Source of the DNA: an uncultured Bacteroidales bacterium
GTDB lineage: Bacteria > Bacteroidota > Bacteroidia > Bacteroidales > JAAYJT01
Reading direction: 5' to 3'
DNA: 64,000 nucleotides
Assembly: GCA_964349765.1 (NCBI GenBank)
Contig: CAYGGZ010000010.1
Coordinates: 1,277-65,276 of the forward strand
Below are positions 38,350 through 48,899 of the stretch, piece after piece; positions within the stretch are counted from its first letter, which is position 1, and each line of letters opens with the position of its first letter. Under the pieces are notes generated by a model. It was not told where the DNA came from, ran no database searches, and worked only from the letters and a program-made list of their open reading frames with translations. A program made the position numbers and the translations under genes.

Positions 38350-40659
38350 ATGCTTAAAAAAACGCTTGCTTTTCTTACTATCAGCTTGTTGACACCATTC
38401 GCCCTGCTTGCGGATAACGCTGAGCCTGCCAAAAGGTTAGATCTGATGTACCTGATTGCTCTCGGGTCAATTGTTGCTTTAGTATTTGCATGGATTCTCA
38501 CACGCAATGTGCTGAAAAAAAGTCCCGGAAATCAGCAAATGAAGGAAATCTCGCAATATATTCAGGAAGGTGCCATGGCCTACCTAAGGCAGCAATACAA
38601 AGTTGTAGGAATATTTTTCTTTGTGCTCTTTGTACTGTTAGGTTTCATATCATGGATTTTGCCTTTATATACAGGCGAGCTATGGCTTTCACCATTTGTT
38701 CCTGTTGCGTTTATAACCGGAGGTTTCTTTTCCGGTTTAACGGGTTACATAGGGATGTGGGTTGCAACCAAAGCTAATTGCCGAACTGCACAGGCTGCCA
38801 GTGAAAGTTTGAACTCAGGGCTTAGAGTTGCTTTTAATTCTGGTACTGTGATGGGAATGACGGTGGTTGGCCTTGCCTTGCTCGATCTTGCGATCTGGTA
38901 TATCCTTCTACGCTATGTTTTTGTGGTTCCGATAGCTGAAATTCCTCCTATTATGATAACCTTTGGAATGGGCGCATCTGCAATGGCGCTGTTTGCGCGA
39001 CTTGGAGGGGGAATATATACCAAAGCTGCTGATGTAGGTGCCGACCTGGTGGGTAAGGTTGAAACAGGCATTCCGGAAGATGACCCGCGTAATCCTGCTA
39101 CAATTGCCGATAATGTTGGTGATAATGTTGGCGACGTAGCCGGAATGGGAGCCGACCTGTATGAAAGCTATGTGGGCTCAATTGTTGCCACAATGGCGCT
39201 TGGAGCTGTAGGAGCGCTTAGTATGGGCGCCGAACACATGGTGTACAGGTACATCGAATTGCCGGCTATGATTGCGGTTGTTGGTGTGCTGGCTTCGATT
39301 GCAGGGACTTTCTTTGTTAGAGCCAAGGAAGATGCATCGCAAAAAACATTACTCAAAGCACTGCGTTCCGGCATTTACAGCTCTACTGCAATCATTGCGG
39401 TTGCTTCCTTTTTTATTGTGAGGTGGCTTTTAGGAATTGAACAAATAGGACTCTGGGGATCAATGATGGTTGGATTGATCGCAGGGAATGTAATAGGCTA
39501 TTTTACAGAATATTACACATCCGACAATTACAAACCCACACAACGTCTTTCTGGAATGGCTAAAACCGGACCTGCCACTATAATCATAGGAGGTATCGCG
39601 CTTGGCATGAAGTCGACCGCTGTTCCGGTGCTAACTATTGTTATTGCAACATTAGGTGCTTACTTCCTGGCCGGTGGTGGAATGTTTGGCTTGTATGGAA
39701 TTGGATTGGCGGCCGTGGGAATGCTGAGTACCTTAGGAATCACACTCGCAACTGATGCATACGGTCCTGTGGCCGATAATGCAGGAGGAATTGCTGAAAT
39801 GGCCAAGTTAGATCCCAAAGTACGCAAGCGGACTGATGCGCTTGATGCTCTTGGAAACACAACTGCTGCAACTGGAAAAGGATTTGCTATTGGAAGCGCC
39901 GCACTTACTGCTCTGGCCTTACTCGCCGAATACGGCCACAAAATCCTTGACACACTTCACCTCGACATCGGAAGCAAAGCTAAATGGGACGAATCGTTCG
40001 CAACCGCCCAGGCAACAGGTTATGATTCATTTCTGGTGTTTAGCGAAGGACTTTACAGGCTTTCAGTTAATATTATTGATCCACTTGTTCTTATTGGGCT
40101 TTTCATAGGAGCGGCGCTTCCGTTTGTGTTCTCATCAATGTCGATGGGTGCAGTTGGAAGAGCTGCCCAGGCTATGGTTGAGGAGGTGCGACGGCAATTC
40201 AGAGAGTTTCCAGGAATCCTCAAAGGCACAGAAAAACCTGATTATGCACGTTGTGTAGAAATCAGCACAAAAGGCGCACAGCGCGAAATGCTGCTCCCTT
40301 CACTCCTGGCTGTGATCGTACCTGTTGTTGTGGGTATATTGCTCGGTCCGGCCTCGGTAGTTGCTCTGCTTGGAGGTTCTCTTGTCAGCGGTTTCGTGCT
40401 TGCAATTATGATGGCCAACTCGGGAGGAGCATGGGACAATGCTAAAAAACATATCGAAGGCGGCGCTCACGGTGGAAAAGGTAGCGATACACACAAAGCA
40501 GCAATTGTTGGAGATACCGTTGGCGACCCGTTTAAAGACACATCCGGCCCAAGTATCAACATCCTTATCAAGCTCATGAGCATGGTGAGTATTGTTTTCG
40601 TTGGAACCACAATCGGTTTGAATAAACTTATAGTTTCCCTGCTGCAGAGCATTTTTTGA
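38350..40659 (+). CDS. hppA: Membrane-bound pyrophosphatase, K+-dependent type (ion specificity not assignable from sequence alone)
   Basis: 769 aa. DNVGDNVGDVAGMGADL, GNTTAATGKGFAIGSAAL (Ala, not Lys, at the K+-dependence position), and GDTVGDPFKDTSGPS. Confidence 0.9.
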   Translation: MLKKTLAFLTISLLTPFALLADNAEPAKRLDLMYLIALGSIVALVFAWILTRNVLKKSPGNQQMKEISQYIQEGAMAYLRQQYKVVGIFFFVLFVLLGFISWILPLYTGELWLSPFVPVAFITGGFFSGLTGYIGMWVATKANCRTAQAASESLNSGLRVAFNSGTVMGMTVVGLALLDLAIWYILLRYVFVVPIAEIPPIMITFGMGASAMALFARLGGGIYTKAADVGADLVGKVETGIPEDDPRNPATIADNVGDNVGDVAGMGADLYESYVGSIVATMALGAVGALSMGAEHMVYRYIELPAMIAVVGVLASIAGTFFVRAKEDASQKTLLKALRSGIYSSTAIIAVASFFIVRWLLGIEQIGLWGSMMVGLIAGNVIGYFTEYYTSDNYKPTQRLSGMAKTGPATIIIGGIALGMKSTAVPVLTIVIATLGAYFLAGGGMFGLYGIGLAAVGMLSTLGITLATDAYGPVADNAGGIAEMAKLDPKVRKRTDALDALGNTTAATGKGFAIGSAALTALALLAEYGHKILDTLHLDIGSKAKWDESFATAQATGYDSFLVFSEGLYRLSVNIIDPLVLIGLFIGAALPFVFSSMSMGAVGRAAQAMVEEVRRQFREFPGILKGTEKPDYARCVEISTKGAQREMLLPSLLAVIVPVVVGILLGPASVVALLGGSLVSGFVLAIMMANSGGAWDNAKKHIEGGAHGGKGSDTHKAAIVGDTVGDPFKDTSGPSINILIKLMSMVSIVFVGTTIGLNKLIVSLLQSIF

Positions 40660-40787
40660 TCCATTGTGAACCCAGCCGAACGGAGAATTATACAGATCAG
40701 TGCAGCTTGAATAACGCATTTTAAAGCTATGACCACCAAATCCTTGGAAAACTAAATATTAAACACAAACGCATTAAATAGCATACA

Positions 40788-43664
40788 ATGTTAACGAACA
40801 ACTTTCTTAAGCGGCATAATGGACCAAATGTGAAAGATGTAGAAACGATGCTGGGGTACATGGGACTTGATTCTGTTGATCAGTTGATTGACCAGATTGT
40901 GCCTACATCAATACGGCTAAATCAGGAGTTAAAGCTTCCGGCGGGTCAAAACGAATTCGAGTTGAGTAACCATCTACGCGATTTAGCCTCGCATAACAAG
41001 GTTTACCGAACCTTCATTGGTCTTGGATATTACAATTCCATAATGCCAGGTGTAATCCAAAGGAATATTCTTGAGAACCCAGGATGGTACACCTCCTACA
41101 CTCCTTATCAGGCCGAAATATCGCAAGGGCGGCTTGAAGCGCTTCTGCTGTTTCAAACAGTGATCAGTGATCTTACCGCTTTGCCTGTTGCCAACGCATC
41201 ATTGCTTGATGAAGGCACCGCTGCCGCCGAAGCTATGATAATGCTGTATAATGCCCGATCCAGAGATAAAAGCAACGCCAACTTGTTCCTCGTTTCGGAT
41301 AGAATGTTTCCGCAAACATTAGCAGTTTTAATAACGAGGGCTAACCCTCTTGGAATCAAAATTAAGGTTTGCGATCACAACACCTTTGAACCCGACGCGT
41401 CAGTGTTTGGTATGATGGTTCAATACCCAGACGATAGAGGAGCCATTCATGATTACAGCCCGATGGTAAAAAAAGCCTCCGACCACAAAATTCCGATTGC
41501 TGTAGCTGCCGATTTACTTAGTCTTGCCCTTCTAACACCTCCGGGTGAATGGGGAGCCGATGTTGTTGTGGGTTCAACGCAACGCTTTGGATTGCCCATG
41601 GCTTACGGAGGGCCTCATGCAGGCTATTTTGCAACCAAGGAGCATTACAAACGGTTCATACCAGGCCGCATCATAGGTGTTTCAGTTGATGCCAGAGGCA
41701 ACAGGGCATTACGTATGGCATTGCAAACTCGCGAACAGCACATAAAACGCGAAAAGGCAACATCAAACATCTGCACTGCCCAGGCATTACTCGCAATAAT
41801 GTCGGGGATTTGGGCTGCTTATCATGGCCCAAAAGGAGTGTTTGATATCGCACGCCACATCAATATTCTGGCGGGTGTGCTTAGCAAGGAGGCCATTAAA
41901 TATGATTTTAAACAGTTGAATAACCAGTTTTTCGATACACTCTGTTTTCGCATTCCTGATAACAAATCCATCGAAACGGTTCGAACCCAGGCGTTGGCAA
42001 AAAAGATGAATTTTCGTTATATTGATAATAATCATTTGGGAATCAGCATTGATGAAACAACATCACTTCACGATATCAACGAAATTCTTGAAATATTTGC
42101 ATCAGTTTCTGGCAGGTCATTTTCAGCTTTTATTTGCGATCCGCAGGAGTGCCGCAAAATTGAAACGTTTTCATCGCAATTAAAACGCACCAGCAGCTAT
42201 CTCTCACACAGCGACTTCAACACATATCACAGCGAAACAGACATGATGCGGTTCCTTAAAAGGCTCGAAAATCGGGACCTGGCCCTTAACCGCACAATGA
42301 TTCCGCTCGGCTCATGCACAATGAAGCTAACTGCCGCCGCCGAAATGTTTCCGTTAAGCTGGCCGGAATGGGGAGCGATACATCCTTTCGCACCTGAAGA
42401 CCAAGCAAGAGGATACCATATGCTTATCGAACAATTAGAAAAGGATCTGTGCGAGATTACTGGTTTTGCCCGAATGTCGTTTCAGCCAAATTCAGGAGCA
42501 TCGGGTGAATACGCTGGCTTATTGGCGATTAAAGAATATCTTAACTCGAAAGGGGAGGGGCATCGGAACATTTGCCTGATTCCGGCTTCGGCTCATGGAA
42601 CTAATCCCGCAAGCAGCACAATGGCGGGAATGGAGGTGGTTGTTGTAAAAACCGATTCTCTTGGAAATATCGATCTAAACGATTTACGGTTGAAGGCCGA
42701 AAAACACCGCGAACAGCTTGCAGCAGTTATGATCACCTATCCGTCGACACATGGTGTGTATGAGGAAGGAATTTTGGACGCTATTAAAACAATTCACGAC
42801 AATGGCGGGCAAGTTTACTTAGATGGGGCAAACATGAATGCACAGGTGGGTTTAACCAATCCAGCGCTGCTTGGTGCTGATATTTGTCATTTGAATCTTC
42901 ACAAAACATTTGCCATTCCACATGGCGGTGGCGGGCCGGGTGCCGGTCCTATCGGTGTGGCTCCACACCTTGCTCCTTATTTGCCTACTCATCCATTGGT
43001 TAAAACCGGTGGCGATCTGACAGATATTGTCGTCTCTTCAGCTCCATTCGGAAGCGCGATGATACTTACGATATCCTACGCCTACATCCGCCTCATGGGC
43101 GCTAAAGGGCTCGCGCAAGCAACAAAACTCGCCCTGCTGAATGCAAATTACATCAAAGCAAGGCTCGAAGGAGATTACAAGATTCTTTACACGGGCAAGA
43201 ACGGATGGGTTGCACACGAAATGATAATTGACTGCTCCTGCTTTGGCCGGTCGGGCGGTGCAAACGCCGTAGATATTGCAAAGCGGCTTATGGACTACGG
43301 TTTTCATGCACCTACGGTTTCTTTTCCGGTTATCGGCACATTAATGGTTGAACCTACCGAAAGCGAACCCCTCTCAGAACTTGACCGTTTTTGCGATGCT
43401 ATGCTTTCGATCCGTAGCGAAATGCGTGAAATTGAAGAAGGAACTGTTTTGCTTCTCGATAGTCCGGTTAAAAACGCTCCGCACACATGCGAAATGGTAG
43501 TTTCCGACGAATGGCCATACTCATACTCGCGCGAAAAGGCAGCATTTCCGCTGGGTTATATGCGCCGTGATAAATACTGGCCTTTTGTAACAAGGATTGA
43601 TGATGCCTCCGGCGACCGCAATTTGGTTTGTACCTGTTATGCTGCGACAGAAGAAGCCGAATAG
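40788..43664 (+). CDS. gcvP: Glycine dehydrogenase (decarboxylating), glycine cleavage P protein
   Basis: 958 aa single-chain P protein. SYTPYQAEISQGRLE, and NLHKTFAIPHGGGGPG (PLP-Lys). Confidence 0.95.
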   Translation: MLTNNFLKRHNGPNVKDVETMLGYMGLDSVDQLIDQIVPTSIRLNQELKLPAGQNEFELSNHLRDLASHNKVYRTFIGLGYYNSIMPGVIQRNILENPGWYTSYTPYQAEISQGRLEALLLFQTVISDLTALPVANASLLDEGTAAAEAMIMLYNARSRDKSNANLFLVSDRMFPQTLAVLITRANPLGIKIKVCDHNTFEPDASVFGMMVQYPDDRGAIHDYSPMVKKASDHKIPIAVAADLLSLALLTPPGEWGADVVVGSTQRFGLPMAYGGPHAGYFATKEHYKRFIPGRIIGVSVDARGNRALRMALQTREQHIKREKATSNICTAQALLAIMSGIWAAYHGPKGVFDIARHINILAGVLSKEAIKYDFKQLNNQFFDTLCFRIPDNKSIETVRTQALAKKMNFRYIDNNHLGISIDETTSLHDINEILEIFASVSGRSFSAFICDPQECRKIETFSSQLKRTSSYLSHSDFNTYHSETDMMRFLKRLENRDLALNRTMIPLGSCTMKLTAAAEMFPLSWPEWGAIHPFAPEDQARGYHMLIEQLEKDLCEITGFARMSFQPNSGASGEYAGLLAIKEYLNSKGEGHRNICLIPASAHGTNPASSTMAGMEVVVVKTDSLGNIDLNDLRLKAEKHREQLAAVMITYPSTHGVYEEGILDAIKTIHDNGGQVYLDGANMNAQVGLTNPALLGADICHLNLHKTFAIPHGGGGPGAGPIGVAPHLAPYLPTHPLVKTGGDLTDIVVSSAPFGSAMILTISYAYIRLMGAKGLAQATKLALLNANYIKARLEGDYKILYTGKNGWVAHEMIIDCSCFGRSGGANAVDIAKRLMDYGFHAPTVSFPVIGTLMVEPTESEPLSELDRFCDAMLSIRSEMREIEEGTVLLLDSPVKNAPHTCEMVVSDEWPYSYSREKAAFPLGYMRRDKYWPFVTRIDDASGDRNLVCTCYAATEEAE

Positions 43665-43714
43665 CAGAACTCACTGTTGATAATATTTGAAATACGGGTA
43701 GCGAAAAAGAAAAA

Positions 43715-43745
43715 GCAGAAAATCCTGAACAATCAGGTTTTCTGC
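43715..43745. terminator. Bidirectional hairpin between convergent gcvP and the 416-aa gene
   Basis: gcagaaaatcctga-acaa-tcaggttttctgc (13 bp with one bulge), flanked by A-runs upstream and T-runs downstream. The 3' arm overlaps the last codons of the minus-strand gene. Confidence 0.6.
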
Positions 43746-44983
43746 TTTTTCTTTCGTGCTGCAGGAAAGAGCACGTTATTCAGAATCAGCCGGTAACCCG
43801 GCGAATTTGGATGCAGGTTGAGATTGGTTGGGGGATCGCCAACGAAATGTTTGTAGTCCTCGGGATCGTGGCCACCAAAGAAAGTAAATGTGCCTTTGCC
43901 GAAAGTTCCATGAATGTATCGCGCTTCGCCCCAGGCTTTGTTTTCGCCAAGGATAACAACAGTGGGTTTTATTGTTTCGCGGCGAAATGCTGTTGATTGC
44001 CCCATAAATCCCTCTATAATTGTTTCATGATTTTGGTTGAGCATTGTGGGTACAGGATCCCACTTAGCAGAAAACTCAAACAGGGTAAAATGATCCAACG
44101 CTTGATTACGACCGGTTTTGGGAACGTCGATACTTGATTTTGCGTATTCGTAGGGATTCATCACAAGTTGGAAATTATGAAAAGCAAAGGTTCGACTAAA
44201 GTCAAGGTTTTCTTGTGCGTTTGGATCAGCCGGATCGCCGTCGAACATAGCTTCGACTATATCAACTCCTTCGGCTGCAAGGGCAATATCAAGACTTTCG
44301 GGTGCTGAGCACATGGCAAAAAGGTAGCCTCCACCCGCAACAAATTCCTGAATGTTTTTTGCAACAGCTAATTTTAATTGCGAAACTGTTCCAAATCCAA
44401 GCCTGTCGGCCATTTCATTCAAAATTCTTTCCTCCTGCTGATACCAGGGTGCATTGCGATATGCTGCATAAAATTTTCCGAACTGACCAGTGAAGTCTTC
44501 ATGGTGAAGATGAAGCCAATCGTACATGGGCAAAACGCCTTTGATAATTTCTTCGTTGTAGATAATATCATAGGGTATTTCGGCATAGGTGAGAGCCAGA
44601 GTTACTGCATCGTTCCATGGCTGGGTGAGAGGGGGAATATAAACAGCAATCCTTGGAGCTTTGTGCAGTTTTACCACCTCCATGTTTACCGAAGGGGAGG
44701 AGATATACTGAAGAATACCTGCAGCCTGTGTCTCAGATATTACCTGGTATGATATATCACGAACTATGCATTCATTTTCAAATTGCTGATGGTGGTCGAA
44801 CATAAAACTTCCGCCCCGATAGTTCAACAGCCAACTTACCTCAACGTCATACGTAAGAACGTAGTAAGCAATTCCATACGCTTTTAGGTGGTTGCGCTGC
44901 GTGTTGTCCATTGGAATGAGGATATGGGCTGCCTTGAGGTTAAATGAGATCAGAACCAGGATCAGAAGCAATATGTTTTTCAT
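43733..44983 (-). CDS. Conserved hypothetical secreted protein
   Basis: 416 aa. Signal peptide MKNILLLILVLISFNLKA. No catalytic motif recognised. Confidence 0.5.
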   Translation of the reverse strand: MKNILLLILVLISFNLKAAHILIPMDNTQRNHLKAYGIAYYVLTYDVEVSWLLNYRGGSFMFDHHQQFENECIVRDISYQVISETQAAGILQYISSPSVNMEVVKLHKAPRIAVYIPPLTQPWNDAVTLALTYAEIPYDIIYNEEIIKGVLPMYDWLHLHHEDFTGQFGKFYAAYRNAPWYQQEERILNEMADRLGFGTVSQLKLAVAKNIQEFVAGGGYLFAMCSAPESLDIALAAEGVDIVEAMFDGDPADPNAQENLDFSRTFAFHNFQLVMNPYEYAKSSIDVPKTGRNQALDHFTLFEFSAKWDPVPTMLNQNHETIIEGFMGQSTAFRRETIKPTVVILGENKAWGEARYIHGTFGKGTFTFFGGHDPEDYKHFVGDPPTNLNLHPNSPGYRLILNNVLFPAARKKKQKT

Positions 44984-45007
44984 GATATCGAAGGAGTTTG
45001 GCCAAAT

Positions 45008-46543
45008 TTAAAAAGGTGGGCTGTCTTTATCATCCTCGCCGGTTTCTTCATTGAACTTTGATTGACGGGTAACGGTTCCAACAGCACTTGTTTGCCCTGG
45101 TTCTGACGCTCCGCCGTACGGAGCTTGTGCCAGATCATCGGTAAACATTGCAAAGCGATCAAAAAACCTGAGCCAGATATCTTTAAGTGCTCCGTTTCTA
45201 TGCTTTGCGATACTCAATTGAGCCATACCCTTGATATTTTCCTGTCGCTCATTTTTATCAATGCCATAGTATTCCGGACGATAGATGAAAAGAACCAGAT
45301 CGGCGTCTTGTTCTATGGCGCCGGATTCACGCAAATCGGAGAGAATTGGCTTTTTCGACCCCCCTCTGACCTCTACTGCCCGGCTTAGCTGTGAAATTGC
45401 AATTATAGGAATATTAAGTTCTTTTGCAAGGCTTTTAAGCGAACGGGAAATGTTACTTATTTCCTGTTCGCGGTTACCTCTTGATTCGCCTCCACCCGAC
45501 ATCAGTTGCAGATAGTCGATGATCACCATATCAATATTGTGCTGTGCTTTTAGGCGACGGCATTTTGCACGTAATTCGAAAATGGTTAGTGCCGGAGTAT
45601 CATCAATGAAGAGTTTGGCATCTTCGAGTTTTTTGATTTTTGCATTCAACAGGTGCCACTCATGGTCTTTAAGTGCTCCTTTACGCAATGTGTCGGCCGG
45701 AATTTGGGTTTCAGAACTGATAAGTCTTGTAACTAACTGAATTGCTGACATTTCGAGCGAAAAGAAGGCGATAGATCTTTCCAAATCAACCGCCGCTCGT
45801 CGGGCCATTGAAAGCACCAAAGCGGTTTTACCCATACCCGGGCGGGCGGCAATGATAATGAGATCTGAGGGCTGCCAGCCACCTGTTATACCATCAAGTT
45901 CTGTGAATCCGGAGGGAACGCCGCTCAGGCCTCCATCCTTACTCCTGGCCTTACCGATATTTGTTATGGCCTCCTTCAACAGCGAACCCATCTCCTGAAC
46001 ATTGCGACGCGTATTGGTATCGCTTAATGAAAATAAATTTCGCTCGGCTTTATCGAGAACATCAAACACATCAGATCTATCTTCGAATGATTCATTGATG
46101 ATTTCGCTTGAAAGCCTGATCAACTCTCGCTGTATGAATTTTTGAAGAATTATGTGAGTGTGATATTCAACATTAGCCGATGAGGCTACTTTATTTGTAA
46201 GCTGAGTGACATAGTATGCTCCTCCAACAACTTCAAGCTCGCCTCTTTTCTTAAGTTCAGCCGTTACGGTCAGGATATCAACCGGTTCAGCCTTGCTGAA
46301 AAGGTAAAGAATGGCAGCAAATATCAGTTGGTGAGAATCCTTATAAAAAATCTCTGGTTTGAGCTTATCAATTACCGATGCGAGGGCATCCTTTTCGAGC
46401 ATTATGGCTCCGAGTATTGCCTCTTCGAGTTCGGTTGCCTGAGGTTGAAGCCTTCCGTGGTCAGCAAGGTTTAACGCGGCTGGAATTGGTTTCAGGAGCG
46501 ACCGGCGTGTTTTTTCTACAACTTTGTTTTTGATTTCATCCAT
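45008..46543 (-). CDS. dnaB: Replicative DNA helicase DnaB
   Basis: 511 aa. Walker A ARPGMGKTA, IIDYLQLM, and SQLSRAVE motifs. Confidence 0.95.
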   Translation of the reverse strand: MDEIKNKVVEKTRRSLLKPIPAALNLADHGRLQPQATELEEAILGAIMLEKDALASVIDKLKPEIFYKDSHQLIFAAILYLFSKAEPVDILTVTAELKKRGELEVVGGAYYVTQLTNKVASSANVEYHTHIILQKFIQRELIRLSSEIINESFEDRSDVFDVLDKAERNLFSLSDTNTRRNVQEMGSLLKEAITNIGKARSKDGGLSGVPSGFTELDGITGGWQPSDLIIIAARPGMGKTALVLSMARRAAVDLERSIAFFSLEMSAIQLVTRLISSETQIPADTLRKGALKDHEWHLLNAKIKKLEDAKLFIDDTPALTIFELRAKCRRLKAQHNIDMVIIDYLQLMSGGGESRGNREQEISNISRSLKSLAKELNIPIIAISQLSRAVEVRGGSKKPILSDLRESGAIEQDADLVLFIYRPEYYGIDKNERQENIKGMAQLSIAKHRNGALKDIWLRFFDRFAMFTDDLAQAPYGGASEPGQTSAVGTVTRQSKFNEETGEDDKDSPPF

Positions 46544-46618
46544 GAGTCAAAAATAACGATTAAATAACTGCGATTGGTACCGAACGGCAGAGAAAATTTA
46601 TCAACAAAAAAACAATTG

Positions 46619-48652
46619 TCAGGTTTTGACGCTCTCTTCGTCAACCAGAATCATTACTGAACGGGCGGGAATAAGGATTTTTGTGCGGAAAATACCTCCA
46701 TAGCCCTGATTACGTACTCCAGCTTCGTTTACTTCGTATTTATTCGCCACAACCTTCCAGTTACGGGCGGGAAGTTGTTGCATCACCGAAACGGAGTGGG
46801 CGTTGTAGTAAACTATGATCTCTTTCCATGAATCGTTGTTGGCATAACCGCTAATCCTGAATCCAACAAGCAATTCATCGCCGGTTTCGATAAATGATAA
46901 ATGTTTCGAAAGCATCTCAGAACTTGTCATTCTGAAGGCAGGATGGTTTTTTCTGAGGGCAATCAGATCACGATAATGACAGAAAACATCATAATACAAC
47001 GCTTTATTTGTCCATAAAAGCTGGTTTACAGAATCTGGCAGGTTGTAGGAGTTGTGTTCTCCAATTTTGGTTCTCACTATCTCTTCTCCGGCATGAAGAA
47101 ACGAAATTCCCTGGCAAGTGAGCGTTATGGCATTGGCAAGTTTCTGGATGTCAAGTTTATCTTGTTGGCTGCATTCTCTGCACGTGTAAACAATTTTGTC
47201 CCACAAACAGGGGTTATCGTGGCAGGTTACATAGGTTATTGTTTGCAAAGGATTGCCGGCCCATGGTGCGTTTGAATAGTTCACCTTTTTGTAGTTAATC
47301 TGTGGATGATTAGTTGAAGCAATCACGCCAGACCTGATGCTTTCGGCAAACCCTCTTTTGCCAGCCATAAAGCCCGAATCCTCAGTATGAGCCCAATGAC
47401 CGCGAATTGCATCGCGTATATCGTCACTGAAGACTGCTATTCGGTTCAAATGTTTTGTGTGAGATTTTAAGGCACGCTTTTCTAAAGGAAGCGGGCTTTC
47501 GCCGGCAGTCCAACCTTCGCCATAAAGGAAAATCGTGGGATCAATCTTATCTAACTCTTCTCTGATAAGATTCATGGTTTCGATATCATGCAACCCCATC
47601 AGGTCGAACCGAAATCCATCAATATGGTACTCTGAAGCCCAATATTTTAGCGATTCGATAATGTATTTTCGCACCATTGGCCGCTCAGAGGCAGTTTCAT
47701 TAGCGCAACCGGAACCGTTGCTAAAGGTGCCGTCGGGGTTCGTCCTAAAAAAATACCCTGGCACAAGATGTTCGAAATGCGATTCAGCAGCGTTATGAAC
47801 GTGATTATAAACTACATCCATAATAACTCTGATTCCATGGCGATGCAGAGCCTGCACCATTTGTTTAAACTCCCTGATGCGGACAGTACCGTTGTAAGGA
47901 TCAGTGGAATAAGAGCCTTCGGGAACATTATAGTTGAGTGGGTCGTAACCCCAGTTATATTGAGGTTCATGTAGTTTGGTTTCGTCAATTGTTGCAAAAT
48001 CAAACACAGGTAGCAGGTGCACGTGCGTTACACCCAACTCCCTTATGTGGTCAATACCGGTGCTAAGCCCATTCGCACTGCGTGTTCCGGTTTCGGTGAA
48101 TGCAAGATATTTGCCTGCGTTCTTAATGCCGCTGCTTGCATGAATTGAGAAATCGCGCAGATGCACTTCCCAGATTATAATATCGCTAAAGCAATGAAGT
48201 GGAGGGCGGATATCTGATTCCCATCCTTCAGGATTTGTGTCTGCAAGATCAACAATCATGCTCCGCATTCCGTTAACACCAACGGCTCTTGCATAAGGGT
48301 CGGCAACCTCGTTTTTCCAGTTTCCGTTAATATTGGCAAGCAGAGTATAGTAAAAATTCTTCCAATCTCCTTCCAGACTGCAAATCCAGGTTCCATAGGT
48401 ATCCTTCCTTAGTAACTCCTCACGTACCACCACCCCTCCGTTACCGTTTTCGTAAAGTCGCACCTTTATGCTTTCTGCCGTAGGAGCCCACACTCTCAGG
48501 GTTGTTGCTTCCGGCGTATAGGTTGCTCCCAGATCAGAACCCTCATAAACAGGATAATCCTCCCAGCGATCGTAGTTGGTTCGTTCGCTGCAACAGTTCA
48601 GCAAAGTAGAAATTGCGAGCATAACTAGATAAATTACAGGTTTTTGCATCAC
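46619..48652 (-). CDS. pulA: Type I pullulanase (GH13)
   Basis: 677 aa. Signal peptide, the YNWGYDP pullulanase signature, GIRVIMDVVYNH, GFRFDLMG and YGEGW. Confidence 0.85.
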   Translation of the reverse strand: MMQKPVIYLVMLAISTLLNCCSERTNYDRWEDYPVYEGSDLGATYTPEATTLRVWAPTAESIKVRLYENGNGGVVVREELLRKDTYGTWICSLEGDWKNFYYTLLANINGNWKNEVADPYARAVGVNGMRSMIVDLADTNPEGWESDIRPPLHCFSDIIIWEVHLRDFSIHASSGIKNAGKYLAFTETGTRSANGLSTGIDHIRELGVTHVHLLPVFDFATIDETKLHEPQYNWGYDPLNYNVPEGSYSTDPYNGTVRIREFKQMVQALHRHGIRVIMDVVYNHVHNAAESHFEHLVPGYFFRTNPDGTFSNGSGCANETASERPMVRKYIIESLKYWASEYHIDGFRFDLMGLHDIETMNLIREELDKIDPTIFLYGEGWTAGESPLPLEKRALKSHTKHLNRIAVFSDDIRDAIRGHWAHTEDSGFMAGKRGFAESIRSGVIASTNHPQINYKKVNYSNAPWAGNPLQTITYVTCHDNPCLWDKIVYTCRECSQQDKLDIQKLANAITLTCQGISFLHAGEEIVRTKIGEHNSYNLPDSVNQLLWTNKALYYDVFCHYRDLIALRKNHPAFRMTSSEMLSKHLSFIETGDELLVGFRISGYANNDSWKEIIVYYNAHSVSVMQQLPARNWKVVANKYEVNEAGVRNQGYGGIFRTKILIPARSVMILVDEESVKT

Positions 48653-48899
48653 TTCAGAGTGTTGCTGCCTAAATGACTATCTTGACAGTCATTCAGCCCG
48701 AAACAGGTTTTCGACAATCAAAGGATCGAAAAAACACCAGCGCCCAACAATCGGGCTGCGAAAATAGTAAATCCTAATCTGATATGGCAAGTTGGTATTG
48801 TACCAATAGTTTTTGTAAACTTGTCGGCCGAAACCAACAATTGTAAATTAACTTTCCCAAAACAAAAAACGTTACGCAATATCCTTAAAAAAACAGGCA

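Noticed and set aside
40660-40787. A glycine riboswitch upstream of gcvP.
   Set aside because: The 128-bp leader lacks the conserved glycine-aptamer core (GGAGAG...CACCGAAGGGGCAA...CTCAGGC-type blocks). Only a vague gccgaacggaga resemblance is present.
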